A stretch of DNA of 64,000 nt, from the IMG/VR virus record IMGVR_UViG_3300028920_000023; one strand, given 5' to 3'. Position 1 is the stretch's first letter, and each line of letters opens with the position of its first letter. Below are positions 8,424 through 17,999 of the stretch, one piece after another. A program made the translations under genes and the position numbers. Source of the DNA: a virus (Duplodnaviria; Caudoviricetes). The notes under the pieces are model-generated. The model was not told the origin of the DNA. It did not search any database and worked only from the letters and a program-made list of their open reading frames with translations.

Positions 8424-10150
8424 TATATAAACCTTTTCTTCTCATACCCCCATACCTTGTGATATCCGAACTTCTCACAATATTCTGATTCAGGCATTCT
8501 CATCTTGGATGCCTTATTCCACAGTGTTTTCTTATGGCAGACATACCCGAGATGATCTACATACCAGTAACTAGGTTTTACTATGCCGTCCAATCTCCAG
8601 TTAGATGCTTTATATATAGTTCCATGATGATTAAAAGTTAGATCTGCAAATGTAATTAAACATTTTATATCTGAGCGGTAAGATTTTATGGCTTTAATAG
8701 ATCGTGAAATCATAAAACTAGCAAAATTTTTCTTCTGATAAGAAGGATGTATACACAACCTTGTAAGTTCCAACATTTCTTTTGGTTTAAATCCTTGCTT
8801 ATCCGCAGATTCTTTGCGAGTTAAGGGACCATAACAAACGACTCCGATTAAAATCTCGTCACAATAGAAGCCAATATAGGTCCCTCTTTTACCTAATCTA
8901 CCAGAATAATGATATTTTCCGACGAACAAAGTAGCTTCGTCCACATCAACTGGCCTAATTACAACATCTTTAAATTCAAAATCTGTCTTCTTTACTTCCC
9001 CAATATTCAACCAATATCGGATTGTGTCCATGACCCTATCTTGGTTATCAAATTCATGCTCCCATATATACTTGATATCATACTTTGGATGATACCTTTT
9101 GGTGAATGTGGCTTTAGACCGATCTTTTGAAACAGTATGTGGTAAAGAATGCCAATAATCTCCATTTATATCAATCAATAAAGGCCTATGTATACCAAGT
9201 GATTTTTGTGGATCTATCCTACAATCCCAAATATAATAACCAACTTTGCACATCTCTGATGTATCGTCGTGATATTCTATCCCAAGATCTGCTAACATGC
9301 TGTAGAATACCTTCTGGATCAAACTTGTTCTAGGTTGGTGTAACCTGATTATTGCCATTTTCTCCCTAAATGATGATGAATTAATGATCTCTAACATTTT
9401 GTCTCTGTATTCCGGATCTTGCCATCTCTTTTTAGATGCCAGAGAAGCTTTTTTCCTCATAACATCATCACGCCACATTTCCCGTGATTTTTTAGCAATT
9501 CGTTCCCATGGTATCGTCTCTTTCCATTTACGGACCCATTCTGGATCAGAAAATAAAAGTTTATTTCGATCAGAACTTAATTTAGCCATCTTCTTTTTAT
9601 ATTCTGGATTAAGCCAGGGCATCTTACCATATTCTGACATCTGTTTACGAAAATCATCAGTAACCAGAAAATCTCTCCAATTTCCACGCATATTCCTCCA
9701 GAAAGTTGAAGAAGATTCACTCAACTTCTTCTTAAATTCCGGAGTATAGATGCCATCAAATTTCCCTTCTTTATGTGCTCTGGAACCAGAGCAAGACTGA
9801 CACGAAAAACGACCATCATTTCTACGTTTATTAGCTAAATAATTTCTGTATTTAAGAGTAATTTTACTCTTGCAAACACTACATTCTCTGGTGATAATAT
9901 CAGAATGCAAAGTCCTCCCAGAATCCTTGGCCTTCTTGGCCAACTTCCTACCAATTGCTTTTCCATTTTCTTTGACTTTACAAGAATGACAAACATATTC
10001 TTTTCTTGATAAAGTATTGACATAATATCTTATTCGCATTACCTTAATCTCTCGTATAGAACCACATCTCACACAACCCAAAGGCACTTTATCATGACTG
10101 GTAAGGTTCTCTATCGACTTTATCTCAAATATTCCTTTTGATGTCAACAT
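8414..10150 (-). CDS. Zn-finger/helical-repeat + Vsr/DUF559-like endonuclease + Mom-like GNAT fusion (copy A)
   Basis: CxxC clusters; KKRWQDPEYRDKM-type repeats; YIWDCRI..DINGDYWH..IWEHE nuclease segment; KYHY..LIGV..ELTRLC..ASFMIS..ITFAD..HHGTIYKASNW Mom-like segment. Confidence 0.75.
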   Translation of the reverse strand: MLTSKGIFEIKSIENLTSHDKVPLGCVRCGSIREIKVMRIRYYVNTLSRKEYVCHSCKVKENGKAIGRKLAKKAKDSGRTLHSDIITRECSVCKSKITLKYRNYLANKRRNDGRFSCQSCSGSRAHKEGKFDGIYTPEFKKKLSESSSTFWRNMRGNWRDFLVTDDFRKQMSEYGKMPWLNPEYKKKMAKLSSDRNKLLFSDPEWVRKWKETIPWERIAKKSREMWRDDVMRKKASLASKKRWQDPEYRDKMLEIINSSSFREKMAIIRLHQPRTSLIQKVFYSMLADLGIEYHDDTSEMCKVGYYIWDCRIDPQKSLGIHRPLLIDINGDYWHSLPHTVSKDRSKATFTKRYHPKYDIKYIWEHEFDNQDRVMDTIRYWLNIGEVKKTDFEFKDVVIRPVDVDEATLFVGKYHYSGRLGKRGTYIGFYCDEILIGVVCYGPLTRKESADKQGFKPKEMLELTRLCIHPSYQKKNFASFMISRSIKAIKSYRSDIKCLITFADLTFNHHGTIYKASNWRLDGIVKPSYWYVDHLGYVCHKKTLWNKASKMRMPESEYCEKFGYHKVWGYEKKRFIYYM

Positions 10151-10208
10151 GTTCTTTATCCTTCCTATGTCTTGTCACGTCCTTGATGATTCGGTAAGTA
10201 TATACATC

Positions 10209-10237
10209 AAAAAACCCAGCCTGTTGAGCTGGGTTTT
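10209..10237 (-). terminator. rho-independent terminator after the tail sheath gene
   Basis: AAAACCCAGC/GCTGGGTTTT stem, U6 tract on the minus strand. Confidence 0.8.
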
Positions 10238-10266
10238 CTGTTAAGCTGGATTTGAATGACAAAATC

Positions 10267-13128
10267 CTAGGCAGACGTAACAACACCACCAGCCTGCAAA
10301 ACTTCCTCACTGCTAAAGCTAGCCTCTGTACGGAGAACTACCAAATTAAGCTGGATGAACTCAGCAGCGCGCGTCGGCTTAAGGAAGTAAGCCACGTGTA
10401 ACTCGTTCCTATCTATTCTCTCCGGAGTATTATTGCGCTCATCACAAACCACCAAGAACGCAGTCAACCCACGGCGAGCCTGAATATCAGCCAAGAAAGG
10501 ATTACTCGCACTAACCACCCTGGCCCGGGTAATCGCATCATTCGGCTCAAAAACGAACTCACGCAAGAAATTAGTAGCATTCTTCTTAATGTAAATCAAC
10601 AACATCCGAACATTCACACGATCCAACGCAGACTGACGACGCTGCAAAGTCCTCTGACCCCAAACCGTAATCCCATCCTGCGGGAAATTCACAATCGGGT
10701 TCACAGCATTACCACTACCGTACATCAAATCCCGCTCGCCCTGAGTCAAATCAACCTCAACATCAAGCGGAGTAAGAAGACGACCACGAACAATACCAGC
10801 AGGCGCAAACCAAGTCTCAGCAACATTCTCAGTACGAGCAAAAACACTGCTCACATGCCCACTCGGAGGAATGAAAATATTCCCACCATTGAACTGGTCA
10901 AACACCTTCAACCACGGATGATACAAAGCACCATAACTGGAATTAATCGTCTGAGTCAAATCACTGAACAAAATACCATTATGCCAATCAACAACCTGCT
11001 GAGCGCGAAGACCAAACGGAGAATCCACAATGTACAAACAATCTCCACGACCCTCACAAAGCTGCAACCCCTGGCCAATCACAGCACCAGAAGTAAAGCC
11101 AGGAATCACCAGAACACTAATATCATAAACCTCCGGATTGGAGAAAGCAAAAATCCCCGTCTCCAAAGAAGGATTACCAATCACAGCACGATCAAGCTCA
11201 GAAGAATAAGCCGGATCAGTCGGAATACCATCAGCCTGACCACTCATCGCAGTACGGAAGAACGAACCAGGAGTCCGAATCTCGAAACTAGAATCATTAG
11301 GATCATTATTCAAGAACGAAGGTCTCGGAATCCACTGAACGTACGAATTACCATTCTCACCACCGTATCGAGAACCTTCATTAATCACATTACCAATGTA
11401 ACGATCATCAGTAGGATTAAAAGAAATATCCTCGATCCGATCTAGAACCTGAAGATTCCCATCCTCAATCAGCAAGACGAACCGGCCAGCAACATCACCA
11501 GCAGCCTCGCCAGCCGAGAAAATATCCAAGCTATACAACAGATTATCAACCCAAGTACCCGGAGTCTTAGCAACAAGCCAGCCTACAATATTCTGGAAGT
11601 AAGCCGAATCCAACGCACACTCATCACTAACCGGATCAACCTCACAAGAAAGAGGAGAACTTGGAGTCGTAGCACCAGCATCCGGAAGAGTCGTACGAGC
11701 ATCAAAGTAAACCCGATAAGCTTGCTTATACGGGAACTGGATACCCAACGTCTCAGCAAAACGAAGAGTTTTGAAATTAGAGGAAGTAGCCTGTAATTCT
11801 AATTGATCAAATTGATGACCAACCGAAGTCTCAACCACTACCTGCACTTCACCACCAGGAGTTATGATCGAGTAAACATCGAAGTATCTGTCCCCACCAG
11901 AAATACCACCAAGATCAATAGCGTTAGCTACCTGCTCAGCAGTTTGGGACAGACCAACCGGGATACTGAACTCGATATCCTCGGTTTCTTCTTGGCCTAC
12001 CACCTTGATCCTAACTCGGTTGTTCTCGGTTGTGATGTCGTAATACTCGGTTATTGTCGAGATGAGGTTGGACCTGGGTATGTCGTAAGCATAGAGCGTT
12101 TGTCCAACTTCCAGAGAAAATCCTTCTGTACTCACCAGCTGGATGCTCTCACCTGCCGTATCGGTCCGGAAGCACACTGTGTTGTCGGATTGTGCTACCG
12201 CGATATATGGTTCGCTGCTGGGGATGAGGGCGTTGATTGCGTCTGCGAAGTCCTCTGCAGAGTCAAAGGAGGTTCCATCAGCGATTGTGTATTCGTTTAT
12301 TGTAGACGAGTCTTGTCTGTCTACGTTGAATGAGAAGATTCTGTTGTCGGGACGTACGGTGAAGGTGAAGGTGTCGTTTGCCCCGATCGGTACGGTTCCG
12401 GTGACGACTACGGTGAAGACGAGGCCGTCTCCGATGTCGATTGGTTCACTGGTTCCGAGGGTTCCGCTTTCTACGAGGGTGTCTACTAGGACGGTTATTC
12501 CGTCGGAGTTTCGGATTACTTCGAAGTCGGCTCCGTCAAGCAGGGATCCTCCGGTTTCGGTGGGATCGCTGGTGAGGATGATGGTGTAACTGTCGTCGAT
12601 TGCACCTTCGTAGGCTGTGGGGTCTGCGAAGACGAGCGTGGCGGATGCTGGTCCTTCTGTGGTGTTGATTTCTATGTCGTTATAGTCGATGTTGCCGACG
12701 TCTGCTTCATGGAAGTTCAGGGCGTTGTCTTCGTCGATGATTCTGGTGCAGATTTTGCCGAAGTCGATGCCGGTGAATACGGGTACTCTGCCCCATCCTG
12801 ATTCTCTGGCTCCGCTGTTGTCGATGCAAATGTCGGAAAGTTCTTCCGGTTGTCCTTCTTCGCATTCGACTCCTACTCGGAGTATCCAGGCACGGGAGCC
12901 CTCTTCGAAGTATGCTAGGGCTGCGTAGCCCATAAAGCTTTCGGGAAAGGGTTGACCGAACGTATCGATATATTGCTGTGAGTTCGATACGAATGTGGGC
13001 GTTTGTAATGGCCCTCTGTTAGCTGTTCCTATAAACGCAGGGGTTAGCGCTCCTGTCGCTGTCGGAATTACGCTGAGGTCAATTTCCCGTGTAAAGACGC
13101 CAGGCGAGAGGTATACTGCCATGATCAA
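10267..13128 (-). CDS. tail sheath protein
   Basis: YLSPGVFTREIDLS N-terminus; PPSGH, WFAPAG..RG, NPI..F..G..VWGQRT, RVNVRM, FEPND C-terminal sheath motifs. Confidence 0.95.
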   Translation of the reverse strand: MIMAVYLSPGVFTREIDLSVIPTATGALTPAFIGTANRGPLQTPTFVSNSQQYIDTFGQPFPESFMGYAALAYFEEGSRAWILRVGVECEEGQPEELSDICIDNSGARESGWGRVPVFTGIDFGKICTRIIDEDNALNFHEADVGNIDYNDIEINTTEGPASATLVFADPTAYEGAIDDSYTIILTSDPTETGGSLLDGADFEVIRNSDGITVLVDTLVESGTLGTSEPIDIGDGLVFTVVVTGTVPIGANDTFTFTVRPDNRIFSFNVDRQDSSTINEYTIADGTSFDSAEDFADAINALIPSSEPYIAVAQSDNTVCFRTDTAGESIQLVSTEGFSLEVGQTLYAYDIPRSNLISTITEYYDITTENNRVRIKVVGQEETEDIEFSIPVGLSQTAEQVANAIDLGGISGGDRYFDVYSIITPGGEVQVVVETSVGHQFDQLELQATSSNFKTLRFAETLGIQFPYKQAYRVYFDARTTLPDAGATTPSSPLSCEVDPVSDECALDSAYFQNIVGWLVAKTPGTWVDNLLYSLDIFSAGEAAGDVAGRFVLLIEDGNLQVLDRIEDISFNPTDDRYIGNVINEGSRYGGENGNSYVQWIPRPSFLNNDPNDSSFEIRTPGSFFRTAMSGQADGIPTDPAYSSELDRAVIGNPSLETGIFAFSNPEVYDISVLVIPGFTSGAVIGQGLQLCEGRGDCLYIVDSPFGLRAQQVVDWHNGILFSDLTQTINSSYGALYHPWLKVFDQFNGGNIFIPPSGHVSSVFARTENVAETWFAPAGIVRGRLLTPLDVEVDLTQGERDLMYGSGNAVNPIVNFPQDGITVWGQRTLQRRQSALDRVNVRMLLIYIKKNATNFLREFVFEPNDAITRARVVSASNPFLADIQARRGLTAFLVVCDERNNTPERIDRNELHVAYFLKPTRAAEFIQLNLVVLRTEASFSSEEVLQAGGVVTSA

Positions 13129-13212
13129 TTCTCCTAGTTCGGCATCAAACCGCCGTTAATCATACTTATATTTGCAGAGACTTTTTAAGATGATTAACTA
13201 GGAGAAGTCATG

Positions 13213-13509
13213 TTATGATTCTAGGTTAGAGGTATCCAATATTACTCTGATCATTCCTCTTTTAGATAAGCGCTCGATTTGCGATTCCCATAATCTGTCT
13301 TTAACGACCTCGATATGCTGATTTGGTCGTATGGGCTTATCCACAGCACCTAAAAAGAAATCCACTCTCTTGCCGTCTTCTTTCTTTGGAGATCGGAGAT
13401 GGATGGTTACCAACTGCTTGGATGTGTTCAGTATACGAACAATATCAGCCGTTTCTTTCTTGGCTTTTCTGGCTTGCATTTCCCGTACTGTTAATGGTCT
13501 CTTAGCCAT
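13213..13509 (-). CDS. hypothetical protein
   Basis: 98 aa, GGAGGAG SD, lies between the tail completion and sheath genes. Confidence 0.65.
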   Translation of the reverse strand: MAKRPLTVREMQARKAKKETADIVRILNTSKQLVTIHLRSPKKEDGKRVDFFLGAVDKPIRPNQHIEVVKDRLWESQIERLSKRGMIRVILDTSNLES

Positions 13510-14386
13510 CTCTCCTCCTCGTTTCGGCTAAAGGTAGGTCCTTTTTGCCGGAAATTGTTCCTAGTAATTCTCCGGTGGCAAGTTTGCCATCACCTTCCCG
13601 TAGAGTAGTTACTGTGCCGAGAATAGTAGGAACAACTTTATTCGGAAGAGGAATCCAACCTTCCATAGTAATCCTATAATCATGACGTTTATTCTGACGT
13701 TGCTCCGCAGGAACCTCATCATCAACAGCAAAAGTCACACCATCATACGTCATAAACACCGAACCACGCAAATGATCATCCTCAACAAGAAACTCCGCAG
13801 TAGGGAAAAAACGCCTATGCAACTGATAACCAATAACCTCCAAATCCCTCTTATGCTCAGCCCACACAGACAACAAATAAGAAATCTTAGCCGGTATAGG
13901 ACGATATACAAGAGCAACCCTACTCGCATCCGAGTCAAGATACCTCTTATTCATATAATGACCCTCAGGACTAAACTTCTCATAATGAAACTCACTAGAC
14001 TCCCTAGTAATAGACATAACAGGAAGACTAATCCTACCCTTCCTAAGATCCTGCGCCCAAACCAAATAAGGCTTATCCCCACCACTAATCCTAACCTGCA
14101 ACATCCGGACACTATCCTGCGTAGGAACAGGCATACCAGCAAAATAATTCTTAATACCCCTATCCATAGTACGAAACCCAGGCTCCATGATCTCATGAAC
14201 TTCCTGGGAGATGTCTACATTCTGTCTCTCAAATAGAATATCATCCCTAGCCGTACCCTCATTCTTCATCTTCTGAAGCATAGCAGGACGGGGCTGTTCC
14301 AAACCCTTACCATCCTTCGGCGTCTCATATTGAGACGTCTGAACTATCGGATTGGACTCGTTGAAGTCAAAATCATATACTGGCAT
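13502..14386 (-). CDS. tail completion / sheath stabiliser (T4 gp15-like)
   Basis: LPVMSITR, PIPAKISYLLSVWA, YRITMEGWIP motifs; position upstream of the sheath. Confidence 0.65.
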   Translation of the reverse strand: MPVYDFDFNESNPIVQTSQYETPKDGKGLEQPRPAMLQKMKNEGTARDDILFERQNVDISQEVHEIMEPGFRTMDRGIKNYFAGMPVPTQDSVRMLQVRISGGDKPYLVWAQDLRKGRISLPVMSITRESSEFHYEKFSPEGHYMNKRYLDSDASRVALVYRPIPAKISYLLSVWAEHKRDLEVIGYQLHRRFFPTAEFLVEDDHLRGSVFMTYDGVTFAVDDEVPAEQRQNKRHDYRITMEGWIPLPNKVVPTILGTVTTLREGDGKLATGELLGTISGKKDLPLAETRRRDG

Positions 14387-14703
14387 TATTTCTTCCTATC
14401 AACGAGGTCAATGATCGTAGACTTCTTAGAAAGACGTTCAAAAGCAAACTTCACCGCCGAAGTCTGTTGCTCCACCTGCTGAGCCTTAGAACCAGACGGA
14501 TCCTGCTTGGTTTTCGGAATACCAACAGTCACACCGCTCGGCTTAAAACGCACTAGGGGCACCAACCTACCCTCTGATTTGGTTTTTATTGTCTGTTCTG
14601 CATCCTTGGCCGCAGACACAATGATCTTCTTTTTAAGATCTTTCATCTTAGCTGTAGCTAATCTTCGTATATCTTTAGTCGATTTAACAATTATTTTGGA
14701 CAT
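14386..14703 (-). CDS. hypothetical protein (tail-completion region)
   Basis: 105 aa, AGGAGG SD. Confidence 0.55.
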   Translation of the reverse strand: MSKIIVKSTKDIRRLATAKMKDLKKKIIVSAAKDAEQTIKTKSEGRLVPLVRFKPSGVTVGIPKTKQDPSGSKAQQVEQQTSAVKFAFERLSKKSTIIDLVDRKK

Positions 14704-14730
14704 ATTATCCTCCTTTTTATTTTTGGAGGA

Positions 14731-15399
14731 TTACGTGACAGGAAAACCCGACCCGATATGCAGTTTAAGTTTACCACGATCTAATTCCAACATCTCCATT
14801 CCGGCTACCTTAGCTGCTCGAGACGCAATAGAAACTATTTCCTTCTCCAATGTCTCAGACATACTGTCCATCATATCCTGAATCTTTACTAACTCTACGA
14901 TTATATTCTGTAGGTACTCTACAGAGAATTCTGGATCATGAATTTCTTTTATTTGTATCGTAATGACAGAATAAGACCCTCTTGGCTTTATTTGTAGTTC
15001 CGTATCTGTAAGTCTATAAGAGAAACTATCTATTAGGAATTTCCTTGTAGCATAACGCAATATACGCATTTTTGGTATTCTTTTAGACAATTCTTTTAAC
15101 ATATGAAGATGTACTTCAAACGTCATTTTAGTTTCATTTAATATTTCTTTTATCTTATTTAGAAAGATCTCGACATCTCTTGTTTTTTGAACCACATGCG
15201 TAGAGATCTTGATTGGCCCATTCTGATCTACCAGGACATGTTCCAATCGGATCTCTTTCGTTGTTTCCTTCAATATAATCTTACTTCTATCTCCCGGTCC
15301 AAATACAGATTTACTGCTAGTTCTATAGCCTTTCTCTTTCGCGGCAGATAAAATATGTGCAACTGTTACTGGTTTCGCAATCTGTATCGATTTCGTCAT
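14731..15399 (-). CDS. hypothetical protein
   Basis: 222-aa AT-rich ORF. Confidence 0.55.
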   Translation of the reverse strand: MTKSIQIAKPVTVAHILSAAKEKGYRTSSKSVFGPGDRSKIILKETTKEIRLEHVLVDQNGPIKISTHVVQKTRDVEIFLNKIKEILNETKMTFEVHLHMLKELSKRIPKMRILRYATRKFLIDSFSYRLTDTELQIKPRGSYSVITIQIKEIHDPEFSVEYLQNIIVELVKIQDMMDSMSETLEKEIVSIASRAAKVAGMEMLELDRGKLKLHIGSGFPVT

Positions 15400-15434
15400 A
15401 CCATATTATATCAAGTTCCGGTATTCTCGGAATT

Positions 15435-16835
15435 TCACTTTATCAATAACTTAATCTGTTCCTGTAATTGTGTTATCTGATCTGTCAATCTAGAATTCTC
15501 TTCCTCTGTTTTTCGAATCACACTCTGGATAGCGGCCGCCAATATCGGCGTAACTCGTGCATAATCTACCATCTGATACTTAGGATCGCCATCATCATCT
15601 ACCTCATTCGGTTCCCCAGTAACAGCTGTTGGGACAACCTGCTGTAATTCATCCGCTATAAACCCTAATTGCACAATATCTGATTCTTTAAATTCAAATA
15701 ATCTGGGTTTTATCTGCATAATCTGTTGTATCGCTTCGGAATCAGATAGATCATGAATATTGCGCTTTAATCGCCTATCTGACGATGTGTTATAAGCTAT
15801 ATTGGTGCCATCTGTCGAGATACTACCTTTCAACCCGCCGTTATACCAAATCGCCACCAGATCCCCCGTAGTAGTTCGTCTACCTATATTCATACAATTA
15901 CCACTGTCTCTAGATAATATCGCGTAGCCATTCACTGGCTGAAAACCAACGTAACTACCAGTATCGCTTATTATACTCGGAACAACAGCATACCCATTGA
16001 AAGTCACATCACCAAGACTTGTAATCCGCATACGCTCAGTAGGTGATGATGCACCATCCGATGACGTCCAAAAAGACAACCTACCAGGCATATCAGACCC
16101 ATTACTTGGCGTATTATCCACATAACACCGTATACTACCAGCATCCTTAAACCCGGTTCCATCATTACCACTAAAATTAATACCCCCAATATTATCACCA
16201 TTTTGAACTATCGTATTATTACCAACCACACTACCACGAGATTTATTAAATGACAGAAATGAGCCAGTAGCACTATTCTCGGTAATAATGAAAGCACCAG
16301 AAGCTGTTGCAAAATTCGTACCTTCAACCTGGAACCTAGAAGTCGTAGAACCATTAAACAAATTGTTACGCAAATTGCCTATCCCAAAATTACCATTAGT
16401 GTCAAAACGAGCACTCTCAGTAAACTCACCCCTCGTAAAAATAACACAACTGGCAGTACTAACATGAGAATCTCCACACACCGTAACACCAGCACCCTTA
16501 TTATAAGCAGTACCACCATAAATAGACAAAGCATTATTATCAACATCTCTAAAAACATCTTGCTGATATAACCTCAATCCCAAAGTCTCGACTTGCATAA
16601 CCGTCTGAGGATTCGTAGAATCCGTCAAATTATTAATCTGCAAATTACCATTATCACTAGTAAGTTCCCATCCCGGAGAAGTATTATCTTCCTGGATCAG
16701 TAGGGATGGAGACGAACTGAATAAGGTCAAGCTCTCAAGCGTCGGATTTTGGTCTAATGGACCTGCTGGACCTGTTGGACCAGTTGGACCAATATTGCCA
16801 GTCTTCTCAGAGCCGTCAGAAGTTATAATTTTCAT
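15435..16835 (-). CDS. fibre protein with C-terminal peptidase S74 intramolecular chaperone
   Basis: Short collagen-like GPTGPTGPAGP; ERMRITS.G.V fibre repeats; NTSSDRRLKRNI...GFIADEL...VDYARVTPIL + coiled coil. Confidence 0.85.
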   Translation of the reverse strand: MKIITSDGSEKTGNIGPTGPTGPAGPLDQNPTLESLTLFSSSPSLLIQEDNTSPGWELTSDNGNLQINNLTDSTNPQTVMQVETLGLRLYQQDVFRDVDNNALSIYGGTAYNKGAGVTVCGDSHVSTASCVIFTRGEFTESARFDTNGNFGIGNLRNNLFNGSTTSRFQVEGTNFATASGAFIITENSATGSFLSFNKSRGSVVGNNTIVQNGDNIGGINFSGNDGTGFKDAGSIRCYVDNTPSNGSDMPGRLSFWTSSDGASSPTERMRITSLGDVTFNGYAVVPSIISDTGSYVGFQPVNGYAILSRDSGNCMNIGRRTTTGDLVAIWYNGGLKGSISTDGTNIAYNTSSDRRLKRNIHDLSDSEAIQQIMQIKPRLFEFKESDIVQLGFIADELQQVVPTAVTGEPNEVDDDGDPKYQMVDYARVTPILAAAIQSVIRKTEEENSRLTDQITQLQEQIKLLIK

Positions 16836-16844
16836 GGATTGTCC

Positions 16845-17459
16845 TTATCCGTCAGCTTGATTTGCCTTCGTAGGAAGAAGAGAAATGTCGCCACTGATAT
16901 TTTGAACCAAACAAGACCAGTAAAGCCAGCGATATTTGAAATTTCCTGTATCACTAGACTTAATAACCCTATAAGTATCAATACTATTACCCTTATCCTG
17001 CCTCAAATCCGTAAACTGGGTAACAGCTAAGGTATTATGAGGAACAATTAGAACATCACCCTCAGCAATCATCCTCCTACCAAACAACCTCAACACAGAT
17101 GCCCTAGAGAAGTGCACCGTAGTCTCATTCTCAACATCTACGCCCCACTTCTTGATCTCGATCTCAGCGGGCTCTGGCTCGAACATCCCCTTCAATTTTT
17201 TGGGGGCAAGGTATGTTGGATCAGCATCTTCTTCCCATACTTCGTCTCTACGATCTGATCTGGTTCTTGGATAGATTTCTATCCATGCTCCAGATATGTT
17301 CACGATCTCTTCGGCTTGTCTTTCTGCGAATGAGATATCCGGGCTACCATGGTTATAGGTAGAAAGTAGAGAATTTTGCTTTTCCTCATCAGAACGATAA
17401 TCGGGAAGATTATCCCTAGTATCGTATTGCTGATTAAAGTCGAAATTTATAATAGACAT
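16845..17459 (-). CDS. neck/head-completion protein (T4 gp14-like)
   Basis: EEIVNISG, VWEED.DP.Y, KWGVD, EGDVL.VP motifs. Confidence 0.6.
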   Translation of the reverse strand: MSIINFDFNQQYDTRDNLPDYRSDEEKQNSLLSTYNHGSPDISFAERQAEEIVNISGAWIEIYPRTRSDRRDEVWEEDADPTYLAPKKLKGMFEPEPAEIEIKKWGVDVENETTVHFSRASVLRLFGRRMIAEGDVLIVPHNTLAVTQFTDLRQDKGNSIDTYRVIKSSDTGNFKYRWLYWSCLVQNISGDISLLPTKANQADG

Positions 17460-17983
17460 CAGTAGAACTCCGCACTAAGCCTGCCCTGTGGATCAACAGG
17501 TTCAAGTGGGCCAGGAACTGGCGTCAAAGAAGCCCTCAGAGGATCATTTGGGATCAGATCCGGGTCTGGTGCTCTCCTGAGCGGATCTTCTGTGGTAACG
17601 CACCCCGTGAAGTTAGACCCTTCGCTACTGCACAGTGGGTCTTCCGGATTTTCTGGTTCTCTTACCTTGGCATTATCTTTCAGAATTTTGTACCAATCCT
17701 CGACACAATTCTTAGGACAAAAATTGCCGTTTGGGGGTGGTCCTTCCGGTAGTTCAAAAAAGATCCCGGTGCTATTCTGTCCTCTTGGGAGTAGAGTTCT
17801 AACCAATCTGGATCCTGGTATAAGCTCTAGTGCATCTTCGACTGGTATTATAGAGGCATTACAGTTGATGTTTCTACTTAGGGCTAGTCCTGTTAGACTG
17901 CTTGTGGGTTCACATCCTGGTACTTGTAGGACGTTTCCTGGTTTGACTTCTAGTTTGTTTCGTATAGTTATTGTAGTACTCAT
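17459..17983 (-). CDS. hypothetical Pro/Cys-rich protein
   Basis: 174-aa ORF coupled to the gp14-like gene. Confidence 0.55.
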   Translation of the reverse strand: MSTTITIRNKLEVKPGNVLQVPGCEPTSSLTGLALSRNINCNASIIPVEDALELIPGSRLVRTLLPRGQNSTGIFFELPEGPPPNGNFCPKNCVEDWYKILKDNAKVREPENPEDPLCSSEGSNFTGCVTTEDPLRRAPDPDLIPNDPLRASLTPVPGPLEPVDPQGRLSAEFY

Positions 17984-17999
17984 ATCTTATCTTTGAATA

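Noticed and set aside
10855-14236. Long plus-strand ORFs in the track (e.g. 10855..11445, 11803..12333, 13682..14236; also 38634..39005, 43525..43845, 46014..46571)
   Set aside because: They are antisense shadows of real minus genes. The A/C-rich plus strand is depleted of stop codons, and the translations are I/T/N/R-rich with no motifs or SDs.
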